Below, in pieces: positions 10,473-19,584 of a stretch of DNA of 64,000 bases. Under the pieces are notes generated by a model. It saw only the letters and a program-made list of their open reading frames with translations. It ran no database searches and was not told the origin of the DNA. The stretch spans positions 1 to 64,000 of the forward strand of contig JALUTT010000092.1 in assembly GCA_027021705.1 (NCBI GenBank). Direction: 5' to 3'. A program made the translations under genes and the position numbers. Numbering within the stretch: the first letter of the stretch is position 1; the number at the start of each line of letters is the position of its first letter. The DNA is from Anaerolineae bacterium. Its GTDB lineage: Bacteria; Chloroflexota; Anaerolineae; S140-20.

Positions 10473-11614
10473 CGCCTGCTCCTGTCCCGTGTCACCGGTT
10501 GCCTATCGCGCACTGCCTGTCGTGCCCCCAGGGCTTCCAGGAGCCGGTCGGTCTCCTCGGGCTTCCCCACGCTGATGCGGATGTGATCCTGCAACCCTGG
10601 CTTGTCGAAGTAACGGACCAGAATGCCTTCCCGTTCCAGGGACCGCTTCAGCGCTTGAGCGTCGCGCCCCACGACACGACACAGGACGAAGTTGGCCTGA
10701 CTGGGATAGGGCTCCAGGTAGGGGATGGACCGAAGGGCCTGGTAGAGGCGCTCCCGCTCGGTCACGATGCGGGCCACGTTCTCCTGCAGGTAGGCGATGT
10801 CCTCCAGCGAAGCCAGGGCAGCCACCGTCCCCGCCACGTTCACGTTGTAGGGCTGCTTGACCTTCCAGAGATGGGGCATCATCCAGCGGGGGAAGAGGCC
10901 ATACCCGACGCGCAGCCCGGCCAGGCCGGCCCACTTGCTGAAGGTGCGCAGGACGACCAGGTTGGGATGCTCGCGCACCCAGGAGGCATAGCTCTGCCCG
11001 GCGAACTCGGCGTAGGCTTCGTCCAGGACGATGATCAACGGGAGGTCAAGGAGCCGACGCAGCACCGGGGCCGGCACCACGCTGCCATCGGGGTTGTTGG
11101 GGGAGCAGAGAAAGAGGAGCTTCGCCGGACGGTCACCATTTCTGCCCGTCGCCGCTGCCTCGATGCCGCCGAGGTCCAGGGAGAAATCGGTCCGTCGGGA
11201 GACATTGACCAGCTTCCCCTGGTTGATGGCCGTGTCGAAAGCGTACATCCCGAAGGTCGGGGGACAATTCACGACCCTGTCACCTGGCTCCAGGAAGAGG
11301 CGCATCAGCAGGTCTATCAGTTCATCAGAGCCGTGACCGACCAGGATCTGCTCAAAGGGCATCCCCACGTAACGGGTCAGCGCCTCTCGCAGGAGGCGTT
11401 GCTCCGGGTCCGGGTAGACGTGGTAACGGTCGTAACGGGCCAGAGCATCTCGCACGCGCGGCGAGGGGCCGTAAGGATTCTCGTTGGCATCCAGCTTGAC
11501 GATCCGCTCCGGTGGGAGCCCCAGTCGGCGGCTGAGCACCTCAAAAGGGACGATGGGGGTGTACGGATCCATCGCCGCCACATCAGGGCGCAGCCATCGC
11601 TCTAGCAGGTTCAC
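10469..11614 (-). CDS. hisC: Histidinol-phosphate aminotransferase
   Basis: [40 protein letters not shown]; start uncertain (11614-11641). Confidence 0.95.
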   Translation of the reverse strand: MNLLERWLRPDVAAMDPYTPIVPFEVLSRRLGLPPERIVKLDANENPYGPSPRVRDALARYDRYHVYPDPEQRLLREALTRYVGMPFEQILVGHGSDELIDLLMRLFLEPGDRVVNCPPTFGMYAFDTAINQGKLVNVSRRTDFSLDLGGIEAAATGRNGDRPAKLLFLCSPNNPDGSVVPAPVLRRLLDLPLIIVLDEAYAEFAGQSYASWVREHPNLVVLRTFSKWAGLAGLRVGYGLFPRWMMPHLWKVKQPYNVNVAGTVAALASLEDIAYLQENVARIVTERERLYQALRSIPYLEPYPSQANFVLCRVVGRDAQALKRSLEREGILVRYFDKPGLQDHIRISVGKPEETDRLLEALGARQAVRDRQPVTRDRSRR

Positions 11615-11719
11615 GTCCACAGGCCCCTCCCTGAAGCTCACAGCGGCTCCTATGCCGCCGAAGGCCGGCCGCAGGAGCCGCTCGCTGCTACCTCCGTGTA
11701 GGACTTCCCTCCAAGACGC

Positions 11720-12487
11720 CTAGAACACCGCCGGTTGGAACCCCGGGGAGTTGAGCACGTCCATCACATCCTCGCCGAAGCCCAGCACGATCAGCCCCAT
11801 CCGCTCTCCGTAGTGGACCAATCCCTCTTCCACATACAATGACGCAATGGCCCCGATAAACTTTTTGTCGGCGTATTCGGGGAAGTAGACGCGAGCCCGT
11901 TCCATCACCCGGACGAAGGCCGGTATATCGTCGGGCTTCAGACGGCTTTTGGTCTCATTGATCAGAACATACTCCCCACATACGGCCACTACATCGAACT
12001 CCTGGCTTGGTTGACCAAGAGGATGCCGGCGCACCCGCACCGCGATGCTCTCAACCCGATCCTCGGGACAAGCCACCGTAGTGCGCAAGATGCGGGGGAC
12101 GCTGGGGGCAACCAGGTCTTCGGCCATCGTGCCCATCTTGTTGGCCAGCTCTCCCCACTTCTTCTTCCAATCCCTCAACTCCTGCTGCGCCTCTTCCCGG
12201 TATGTCAGCATCTGGTCCTTGAACTCTCGCATCTCTTCCTTGAAGAGCCGCATTTCTTCTTTGAAGGCTAGCATCTCTTCCTTGAAGAGCCGCATTTCTT
12301 CTTTGAAGGCTAGCATCTCTTCCTTGAAGGCCAACATCTCGTCTTTGAACGCCGACATCTCGTCCTTGAAGAGACGCATCTCCAAAGCGAGTTGGTTCAG
12401 TTGGTGCTGCGTTTCGGCGATGGCCCGCCAGGCCTGGACCATCGCGTCCTCCAGCGTGCTCACCCGTTCTTCGAGAGTTGCTTCCAT
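11720..12487 (-). CDS. Heptad-repeat coiled-coil protein with PD-(D/E)XK-like domain
   Basis: Eight EMxxFK(D/E) heptads, then GTMAED, EFDVVA and INETKS (E..D..ExK). Confidence 0.72.
   Translation of the reverse strand: MEATLEERVSTLEDAMVQAWRAIAETQHQLNQLALEMRLFKDEMSAFKDEMLAFKEEMLAFKEEMRLFKEEMLAFKEEMRLFKEEMREFKDQMLTYREEAQQELRDWKKKWGELANKMGTMAEDLVAPSVPRILRTTVACPEDRVESIAVRVRRHPLGQPSQEFDVVAVCGEYVLINETKSRLKPDDIPAFVRVMERARVYFPEYADKKFIGAIASLYVEEGLVHYGERMGLIVLGFGEDVMDVLNSPGFQPAVF
12215..12382 (-). repeat. 21-bp coding tandem repeat including an exact 42-bp duplication
   Basis: gcatctcttccttgaagagccgcatttcttctttgaaggcta occurs twice in tandem within eight 21-bp units. Confidence 0.92.
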
Positions 12488-12530
12488 AGAGGCCTCTTCT
12501 TTTTCTTTCTTACCCGGCGTCCCTGCCCGG

Positions 12531-12559
12531 ATTGTACCATGGGTCCGTTGTTAGAGCAA
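12531..12559 (-). promoter_or_regulatory. Internal promoter for the coiled-coil/nuclease-like gene
   Basis: Minus strand TTGCTC-N17-TACAAT with extended TGn, in the gap after hisD. Confidence 0.55.
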
Positions 12560-12578
12560 CAGCGTTCAAACAGCTTCC

Positions 12579-13913
12579 TCACTCACACCGCAGACGGGCA
12601 GCCGCAGCGTGGGCCGTCAGCCCTTCCGCCTCGGCCAGGCGGGCGGCCGACTCGCTCAGCCGGGCGGCCTCGGCAGGGCTGAGGGCGAAGAGGGAGATCA
12701 CCTTGACGAAGTCGCGGACGGTCAGGGGGGAGGCAAAACGGGCCGTGCCCATCGTCGGCATCACGTGGGTGGGGCCGGCCACGTAGTCCCCCAGCACCTC
12801 AAAGCTGTGCTCACCCAGGAAGAGACCACCGGCGTTGTGGATCCGCCCGACCAGCGCCCAGGGATCGGCCACCGCCAGGCAAAGGTGCTCGGCTCCGTAC
12901 CCGTTGGCCAGGGCGACCGCCTCGTCCAGGTCCCGCACCAGCACGATCCCCCCCTGATCGGTGAGGGAGCGGGCGATGATCTCCGCCCGGCTCAGCGCCT
13001 CCAGACGACGGGCCACCTCCCGCTGCACCGCCTCCGCCAGGGGGCGGTGGGGGGTGAGCAGGATGGCCGTGGCCAGAACGTCGTGCTCCGCCTGGGCCAG
13101 CAGGTCGGCCGCCACCCAGGCCGGGCGGGCCGTCTCGTCGGCGATGACCATCGTCTCGGTGGGACCGGGCAGCCCGTCAATCCCCACCTGGCCGAAGACC
13201 TGCCGCTTGGCCAGGGTGACGAAGAGGTTGCCCGGCCCAACGACCTTGTCCACGGCGGGGATGCTCTCGGTGCCGTAGGCCAGCGCCGCGACGGCCTGAG
13301 CCCCGCCGAGGCGGTAGAGGGCCGTCACGCCCGCCAGATGGGCCGCCGCCAGGATGACCGGGGCGACCTTCCCATCCCGTCCAGGTGGGGTCGCCACGAC
13401 GATCTCTTCAACGCCGGCCACCCGGGCCGGGATGATGCTCATCAGCAATGTCGAGGGGAGCGGGGCCGTGCCGCCGGGCACGTAGACCCCCACCCGGCGC
13501 AGGGGCACGATCCGCTGGCCCAAGGCGCTCCCCTCGGCGCTCCAGGAGAGCCAGGAGTGCAGCGGCTCCTGCTGGTGGAAAGCCCGGATCCGATCCGCCG
13601 CCAGCCGGAGGGCATCCTGCAAGGCAGGGTCCAATCCCTCCCAGGCGGCCCTCCAGGCGTCGCGGGGCACGGCAAACTGTTCCAGATGCACCCTGTCCAG
13701 CCGAGCCGTCCAGTCCCGTAAGGCCGCGTCGCCCCGCTCCCGGACATCGGCCAGGATGCGGGCCACCGCCTCCTCAGGGGAGAGGGGCTCGCCAAAACGG
13801 GCCTCGATGCCGGCCTGGAGGGCCGGCGATGGGGTGACCTGGCCCACGGGCCGGCGGCGCAGGATCGTCCGGCGGGCCGTCTCCGCGTCGTACAGGCGCA
13901 ACACCGTGTCCAT
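12579..13913 (-). CDS. hisD: Histidinol dehydrogenase
   Basis: VGVYVPGG, GGAQAVAALAYGT, VGPGN.FV..AK, DLLAQAEHD, GDYVAGPTHVMPT; SD gaggagg before ATG 13913. Confidence 0.97.
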   Translation of the reverse strand: MDTVLRLYDAETARRTILRRRPVGQVTPSPALQAGIEARFGEPLSPEEAVARILADVRERGDAALRDWTARLDRVHLEQFAVPRDAWRAAWEGLDPALQDALRLAADRIRAFHQQEPLHSWLSWSAEGSALGQRIVPLRRVGVYVPGGTAPLPSTLLMSIIPARVAGVEEIVVATPPGRDGKVAPVILAAAHLAGVTALYRLGGAQAVAALAYGTESIPAVDKVVGPGNLFVTLAKRQVFGQVGIDGLPGPTETMVIADETARPAWVAADLLAQAEHDVLATAILLTPHRPLAEAVQREVARRLEALSRAEIIARSLTDQGGIVLVRDLDEAVALANGYGAEHLCLAVADPWALVGRIHNAGGLFLGEHSFEVLGDYVAGPTHVMPTMGTARFASPLTVRDFVKVISLFALSPAEAARLSESAARLAEAEGLTAHAAAARLRCE

Positions 13914-13926
13914 CAGCCACGCCTCC

Positions 13927-14697
13927 TCAGCGGGCACAGGTCTGGCTCCGGCCTCCGTCAATGGGGCAGGAGACCCCGGTGATCCAGCCGGCCTTGGGAG
14001 AGGCCAGGAAGAAGATCAGCTCGGCCACTTCCTCGGGCCGGCCCACACGGCCCAGCGGGTGGGTGGTCTTGCTGTGCTCCAGGAAGGCCGCGTACTCCTT
14101 CTCCGTCATCCCGCCGGCGCGGTGCAGGTTGGTGACGACGACGCCGGGGTTGACGGCGTTGACCCGCACCCCCTTGTCGGCCACCTCCAGGGCGACGCAG
14201 TGGGTGAGCTGGTCCAGCGCCGCCTTGCTGACGCAGTAGGCCAGGATGCCGGGGAAAGCGCGAAGCCCCGTCACGCTGGAGACGTTCACCACGTTTCCCT
14301 TCCGCTCGATCAGGTAGGGCATAGCACACTGGATCAGGTAGAAGGGGCCACGCAGGTTGACGTCCATCATCTGATCCCACGCCTCAAGGCTGGTCGTCTC
14401 GATGGTCCCCGAGGCGATGATGCCGGCGGCGTTGACGAGCACGTCTATTCCCCCAAAGGTCTCCACCGTCTCTCGGACGACCCGTTCGATCTCGGCCGGC
14501 CGGGTCACGTCGGCCACGATCGCCTTCGCCCGTCCCCCCTGGGCCTCGATCGTCTCGACGACCTCGGCCAGCTTCTCGGCCCGCCGGGCGACCAGGGCGA
14601 CGCTGGCCCCTTCCGAGGCGAACTTGAGGGCGGTGGCCCGCCCAATGCCGCTGCTGGCACCGGTGATGAGCGCGACTTTGCCTTGCATCTCATCCAT
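13927..14697 (-). CDS. Short-chain dehydrogenase/reductase
   Basis: TGASSGIG, NAAG, YCVSK (YxxxK), RVNAVNPG. Confidence 0.93.
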   Translation of the reverse strand: MDEMQGKVALITGASSGIGRATALKFASEGASVALVARRAEKLAEVVETIEAQGGRAKAIVADVTRPAEIERVVRETVETFGGIDVLVNAAGIIASGTIETTSLEAWDQMMDVNLRGPFYLIQCAMPYLIERKGNVVNVSSVTGLRAFPGILAYCVSKAALDQLTHCVALEVADKGVRVNAVNPGVVVTNLHRAGGMTEKEYAAFLEHSKTTHPLGRVGRPEEVAELIFFLASPKAGWITGVSCPIDGGRSQTCAR

Positions 14698-14722
14698 CGT
14701 TGCTCTCCTTGTGGTCGGATGA

Positions 14723-14788
14723 AGTCCTCAGTCCTCGGTCCTTAGTCCTCAGTCCTTGGTCTATGGTCGGCGGTCGGCGGTCGCTCGG
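14723..14788. repeat. Heptanucleotide tandem repeats (CAGTCCT-type, then CGGCGGT-type)
   Basis: gtcctcagtcctcggtccttagtcctcagtcctt followed by ggtcggcggtcggcggtcg. Confidence 0.8.
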
Positions 14789-15816
14789 TCAGGCGGCACG
14801 TCTCCTTTGAGCTGCTCCAACAGGCGGCGGTAGGCCGCCGGCTCCTCCTCGAAGATGTAGGTGGCCGGGGTGACGACGACGCCGCTGCCGCCGATGGCCC
14901 GGAGCTGCTCGACGGCGGCGTGGAGCCGATCCTTGCGCACGACGATGCTGATGGCGTACCAGCCGGGCGATCCATCCCGCACGTAGACGCGGGAGATGGT
15001 CGGCCCCTGGAGCCCCCCCAGGTCGGGCTGGGAGAAGACGCGAGCCGCCACCGCCTCGGGAGACTCCCCTCGAATGTTGGCGATGATGGCGTGGTAGGAC
15101 CGGGCACGCAGGTGGGCTTCGATGTACTCCAGCAGTTGACGGGCGACGGTCAGCACCTCGGGTCGCCGGGAGAGGGCCTGCCGGTTGCCGATGAGACAGG
15201 CCTCGGAGTAGAGGATCGCGCCTCCCTCCAGGCGCTTCAGGTGATTGTCACGCAGCGTCGTCCCGGTGGCAGTCAGGTCGGCGATGATGTCGGCGTAGCC
15301 CATCCCCGGTGCGGCCTCCAAGGCTCCTTCGACGGCGATGAGCCGATAGGGCATCACCTGATGGGCCTCCAGGAACGCCCCCACCAGGCGGGTGTACTTG
15401 GTCGCCACCCGAAGCGGACGGCCCTCCTGTGCCCGTCGGCGGGCTTCGGCGGCCAGGTCCTCCACCGTCTCGACCGCCTGCCAGCTCTCGGGCACGGCCA
15501 GGACCAACTCGCAGTTGCCGTAGCCCAGCCGGTCGTAGAGGACGATCACATCGCCATCCACCCCGGCTTCGGCCACCCGATCGTAGCCGGTGATGGCCAG
15601 GTCTATGTCGCCGTCCCGGACCTGAAGGGGGATCACCGAAGCCCGCTGGAACCAGACGGTGACCTGGGGGAGGGCCGGTATCCGGGCCACATACTGCCGG
15701 GGGTTGATGCGGTCCACCCGCAGCCCACAGCCATCCAGAAAGGCCAAGGTCTCCCCTTCCAGGCGTCCCTTGCTGGGCAATCCCAACCGAATCTCTTTTC
15801 GATCCATTCGTGTCAT
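14761..15816 (-). CDS. hisG: ATP phosphoribosyltransferase, long form
   Basis: GLPSKGRL, DLAITGYD, VATKY, GALEAAP.MG.ADIIADL..TG.TL..N.L, C-terminal regulatory domain. Confidence 0.96.
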   Translation of the reverse strand: MTRMDRKEIRLGLPSKGRLEGETLAFLDGCGLRVDRINPRQYVARIPALPQVTVWFQRASVIPLQVRDGDIDLAITGYDRVAEAGVDGDVIVLYDRLGYGNCELVLAVPESWQAVETVEDLAAEARRRAQEGRPLRVATKYTRLVGAFLEAHQVMPYRLIAVEGALEAAPGMGYADIIADLTATGTTLRDNHLKRLEGGAILYSEACLIGNRQALSRRPEVLTVARQLLEYIEAHLRARSYHAIIANIRGESPEAVAARVFSQPDLGGLQGPTISRVYVRDGSPGWYAISIVVRKDRLHAAVEQLRAIGGSGVVVTPATYIFEEEPAAYRRLLEQLKGDVPPDRATADRRP

Positions 15817-15846
15817 CCTTCACCTTCCCCAAGGGTGTGGTGGGGG

Positions 15847-15875
15847 ATTCTACGGGAAAAGGAGGAAGCTGTCAA
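15847..15875 (-). promoter_or_regulatory. his operon promoter
   Basis: Minus strand TTGACA-N17-TAGAAT. Confidence 0.75.
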
Positions 15876-15877
15876 GC

Positions 15878-15906
15878 TTGACAGTCCTCAAGCTTCCGCT
15901 TATAAT
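15878..15906 (+). promoter_or_regulatory. rpmF promoter, perfect sigma70 consensus
   Basis: TTGACA-N17-TATAAT. Confidence 0.85.
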
Positions 15907-16030
15907 AGCGGACCGTGGGGTCGGCTGTGCCGGCCCCGATCTGGCGTGGCCTTGGCCGCCCGGGTTCACCCGGATGGTCCACAGCCCCGCCAGGTCCGAT
16001 GAAACTGAAAGGAAAGGAGTGTAAACCGTC

Positions 16031-16213
16031 GTGGGAGCACTACCGAAGCGAAAGGTCTCACGAGGCCGGCGGAACCGCCGACGGGCCCATCACGCCCTCC
16101 GTCCGCCCCAGTTGATCCCCTGCCCCGATTGCGGGGAACTCAAGCTCCCCTATCGGGTCTGCCCTAACTGTGGCACCTATCGGGGCCAGCAGGTGCTGGA
16201 AATCGAGGAATGA
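16031..16213 (+). CDS. rpmF: 50S ribosomal protein L32, Zn-ribbon type
   Basis: ALPKRKVS..RR..RR, CPDC...K.PYRVCPNCG.Y. Confidence 0.96.
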   Translation: MGALPKRKVSRGRRNRRRAHHALRPPQLIPCPDCGELKLPYRVCPNCGTYRGQQVLEIEE

Positions 16214-16263
16214 TCTCCTGTTGAGCGATGCGGGTAGGGTGGTGATGGGTCGCCTGGGGTCGT

Positions 16264-16302
16264 GGGCCGTGGCGTCGCACGCCTGGCGACACGGCCCCTT
16301 TT
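16264..16302 (+). terminator. Probable terminator after rpmF
   Basis: gggccgtg...cacggccc stem followed by a T run. Confidence 0.55.
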
Positions 16303-16327
16303 GCGTTGACCGTGGAGCAGGGATGCG

Positions 16328-17281
16328 ATGACAGGGACAGCCTTTCTCTTCCCCGGCCAAGGAGCCCAGCACGTGGGGATGGGGCTGGTGCTGAGCCAGA
16401 GCTACCCCGAAGCCCAGGAGACCTTCGTTCAGGCGGACGCCATCCTGGGCTTCCCCCTCTCCACCCTCTGTTTCGAGGGGCCGGCCGAGGAACTGACGGA
16501 CACCATCAACGCCCAGCCGGCGATCCTGACCCACAGCGTGGCCGCGCTGCGGGTCCTGGAGAACCACAACGGGCTGCGCCCGGACTACGTGGCCGGCCAT
16601 AGCCTGGGGGAGTTCAGCGCCCTGGTGGCTGCCGGGGCCCTCACCTTTGAAGCCGCCCTCCGCCTGGTGCGGGAGCGCGGTCGCCTGATGAAGCTGGCCG
16701 GCGAACGCAGCCCAGGGGGAATGGCCGCCATTCTGGGCCTTCCTCGTGAAGCAGTCGAAGCGGCCTGCGAGAGCGCCCGTCAGGAGACCGGCGGTATCGT
16801 CCAGATCGCCAACGACAACTGCCCCGGTCAGATCGTCGTCTCGGGGGAGGTGCCCGCCCTGGAAGCCGCGATGGCCCAGGCCCAGGCAGCCGGTGCCCGC
16901 AAGGTCGTCCGCCTGGCGGTGAGCATCGCGGCCCACTCCCCCCTGATGGCCACAGTGGCCGATGAGTTCGCCGCCGCCGTCGAGGCCGCGCCCATCCAGA
17001 AGGCCACTATCCCCATCGTGGGCAACGTCTCCGCCCGCCCCCTCACCCACCCCGACGACCTGCGGGCGGAGCTCACGGCCCAGCTCACGTCACCGGTGCG
17101 TTGGACCGACTCGATGCGCTGGCTGATCGAGCAGGGGGTGAAACGGGTGATCGAGCTGGGGCCGGACAAGGTGCTCACCGGCCTGATGAAGCGCATTGAC
17201 CGCCGGGTCACCCGCATCAACCTGGAGGAATCGGTGGAAGGGCTTGAGGTCGCCGAAGGACGCCCCACCGCCGGTCCGTGA
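16328..17281 (+). CDS. fabD: Malonyl-CoA:ACP transacylase
   Basis: FPGQGAQ..GMG, AQPAI, GHSLGE, SPVRW, ELGP.KVL.GL. Confidence 0.95.
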   Translation: MTGTAFLFPGQGAQHVGMGLVLSQSYPEAQETFVQADAILGFPLSTLCFEGPAEELTDTINAQPAILTHSVAALRVLENHNGLRPDYVAGHSLGEFSALVAAGALTFEAALRLVRERGRLMKLAGERSPGGMAAILGLPREAVEAACESARQETGGIVQIANDNCPGQIVVSGEVPALEAAMAQAQAAGARKVVRLAVSIAAHSPLMATVADEFAAAVEAAPIQKATIPIVGNVSARPLTHPDDLRAELTAQLTSPVRWTDSMRWLIEQGVKRVIELGPDKVLTGLMKRIDRRVTRINLEESVEGLEVAEGRPTAGP

Positions 17282-17297
17282 CAAGGGAGCGAGGCAA

Positions 17298-18218
17298 ATG
17301 CGACGCCTGGGATTCATCGGCCTGGGGCTGATGGGGAAGCCGATGGCCCGCAACCTGCTGCGGGCCGGTTACCGGCTCACCGTGCACAACCGGAGCCGTG
17401 CCCCGGTGGAAGAGCTGGTCGCCGAAGGAGCAGAACCCGCCTGGTCCCCCAAGGAGGTGGCCGAGGCCTCCGACGTGGTGATCACCTGCCTGCCCGATGC
17501 CCCGGACGTCGAGACGGTGGCCCTGGGCCCCGAGGGGATCATCGAGGGTGCTCACTCCGGCCTGATCTTCGTGGATATGAGCACCATCGCGCCGCCGGCC
17601 GCCCGCCGCATCGCCCGACGGCTGAGCGAGGCGGGCATCCCGATGCTGGACGCGCCGGTCAGCGGTGGCGACGTGGGAGCCCGAGAGGCTACCCTTTCCA
17701 TTATGGTCGGAGGGCCACGTTCGGTCTTCGAGACCTGCCTGCCCATCTTCCAGGCGATGGGCAAGCGGATCACCTACGTCGGGGAGAGCGGTGCCGGCCA
17801 GATCGCCAAGGCCTGCAACCAGACCATCGTCGCGGGCACGATGGCCGTCATCGCCGAGGCGCTGGTCCTGGCCGCCAAGAGCGGCGTGGACCCCGGTCGG
17901 GTGCTGGAGGCGATCCAGGGAGGGGCAGCCCACTCTTGGGCGCTGGAGATGCGAGCCCCCCGGCTCCTGCGCCGCCAGATGGCCCCCGGCTTCAAGGCCC
18001 AGATGCAGTACAAGGACCTGCGGATCATCGCCGAGACGGGGCAAGCGGCCGGCGTCCCGATGCCGGTGACGGCCGTGGTGCGGGAGCTCTACGCCGCGAT
18101 GGTGGCCGCCGGCCGGGGTGGACTGGACCACTCGGCCATCGTCACGGTCCTGGAGGACCTGGCCGGGGTCCAGGTGCGGAGCGATCACCCAACAGATGGA
18201 TTGGAGGAGGCAACGTGA
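17298..18218 (+). CDS. NAD(P)-dependent beta-hydroxyacid dehydrogenase (tartronate semialdehyde reductase-like)
   Basis: GFIGLGLMGKPMA.NL, DMSTI, DAPVSGG, GQIAKACNQ, KDL. Confidence 0.9.
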   Translation: MRRLGFIGLGLMGKPMARNLLRAGYRLTVHNRSRAPVEELVAEGAEPAWSPKEVAEASDVVITCLPDAPDVETVALGPEGIIEGAHSGLIFVDMSTIAPPAARRIARRLSEAGIPMLDAPVSGGDVGAREATLSIMVGGPRSVFETCLPIFQAMGKRITYVGESGAGQIAKACNQTIVAGTMAVIAEALVLAAKSGVDPGRVLEAIQGGAAHSWALEMRAPRLLRRQMAPGFKAQMQYKDLRIIAETGQAAGVPMPVTAVVRELYAAMVAAGRGGLDHSAIVTVLEDLAGVQVRSDHPTDGLEEAT

Positions 18219-18958
18219 GACTGGAGGGAAAAGTCGCCGTCGTGACGGGAGCCTCGCGCGGCATCGGGCGGGCCATCGCCCAACGGCTGGCCGCCGAGGG
18301 TGCCAAGGTCGTCGTCAACTACCGGGCCAGCGAGGAGGCAGCCGACGAGGTCGTGGCCGAGATCCGGGAGCAGGGCGGGGAGGCCATCGCCGTCCAGGCC
18401 GATGTCAGCGATTTCCAGCAGGCCCAGGCCCTCATCAAGGCCGCCCGTGAGACCTTCGGCCGGGTGGACATCCTGGTGAACAACGCCGGCACCACCCGGG
18501 ACCAGCTTCTGATGCTGATGAAGGAATCGGACTGGGACCTGGTCATCAACACCAACCTGAAGAGCGTCTTCAACTGCTGCAAGGCGGTGGCCCGTCCGAT
18601 GGTCCGGCAGCGGAGCGGACGCATCATCAACATTACCTCGGTCGTGGGCATCGCTGGCCAAGCGGGACAGACCAACTACGCCGCCTCCAAGGCCGGGATC
18701 ATCGGCTTCACCAAATCGCTGGCCAAGGAACTGGGCTCCCGCAACATCACCGTCAACGCAGTGGCCCCCGGCTTCATCCCCACCGCGCTGACGGAAGGGC
18801 TACCCGAGGAGATGAAGCAAGAAGCGTTGAAAGCCACTCCGCTGGGGCGCTTTGGCAAGCCCGAAGAAATCGCTGCCGCTGTGGCCTTCCTCGCCTCTGA
18901 CGATGCGGCCTTTATCACCGGGCAGGTCCTCGTCGTGGATGGTGGATTGGCCCTCTGA
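18215..18958 (+). CDS. fabG: 3-oxoacyl-ACP reductase
   Basis: TGASRGIG, NNAG.TRD.L, GQTNYAASKAG, VAPGFI; GTG start overlaps the upstream stop. Confidence 0.93.
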   Translation: MRLEGKVAVVTGASRGIGRAIAQRLAAEGAKVVVNYRASEEAADEVVAEIREQGGEAIAVQADVSDFQQAQALIKAARETFGRVDILVNNAGTTRDQLLMLMKESDWDLVINTNLKSVFNCCKAVARPMVRQRSGRIINITSVVGIAGQAGQTNYAASKAGIIGFTKSLAKELGSRNITVNAVAPGFIPTALTEGLPEEMKQEALKATPLGRFGKPEEIAAAVAFLASDDAAFITGQVLVVDGGLAL

Positions 18959-18989
18959 CGCGAACGGCCTCAGGGAAGGGTGAGGGCTT

Positions 18990-19364
18990 ATGGAAGAAGC
19001 AGAAGGTCGGGTTACCATTGCCCCGGAGATCCTGGTCACCATCGCCCGGCTGACCACGCTGAGCGTCCCCGGTGTGGCCCGGATGGCCGGCGGGCATCCG
19101 GCCGGCCTTGGCCGGCGTCTGCGGCGGAATGTGGCCACAGGCGAGGGGGTGCTGATCACCTACGAGAACCACCACGTTTGCGTGGACCTGTACATCGTGG
19201 TCGAGGCCGACGTCAACATGCGCCGGGTCGGTAAGCAGATCCAGAACGCGGTCACCCGGGCTATCCACGATATGGTCGGGCTGGAAGTCAAACGGGTGGA
19301 TGTCCACATCCAGGACGTTGCCTATCCCACCACCCCTCAGACGCACCCTTCCAGCACCGACTAG
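18990..19364 (+). CDS. Asp23/Gls24 family protein
   Basis: G.VTIA.E.L..IA.....VPGV, V...IQ..V...I..MVGL.V..VDV.I.DV; usual position before nusB. Confidence 0.88.
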   Translation: MEEAEGRVTIAPEILVTIARLTTLSVPGVARMAGGHPAGLGRRLRRNVATGEGVLITYENHHVCVDLYIVVEADVNMRRVGKQIQNAVTRAIHDMVGLEVKRVDVHIQDVAYPTTPQTHPSSTD

Positions 19365-19419
19365 CCCTCGCTACCGGTTTCGGTGAGGAGATCGAGGTTT
19401 CCGCTGTTCTCAGCCGGTA

Positions 19420-19522
19420 ACTGTTCACCCTCCCGCAGGTTAGGCACGTTTCCGACGCGAAACCGTGTTCAAATAGCCCATCGGGGCTGAAAGCGCCCTC
19501 GACCGGTGACCTGCGGGAGGGT
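19420..19522. repeat. Inverted-repeat element family B, copy 1
   Basis: ACCCTCCCGCAGGT...ACCTGCGGGAGGGT ends; nearly identical to 36772-36873. Confidence 0.85.
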
Positions 19523-19584
19523 AGGCCGAATAGATACCCCAGCCATAGCCATCATAGAATGCCGGGAAACGAGAACAAGGCGCT

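Noticed and set aside
15910..16015. Possible SRP (4.5S) RNA because of CAGGTCCG
   Set aside because: The conserved GGAAGGAAGCAGC continuation is absent and the segment is positioned as the rpmF leader
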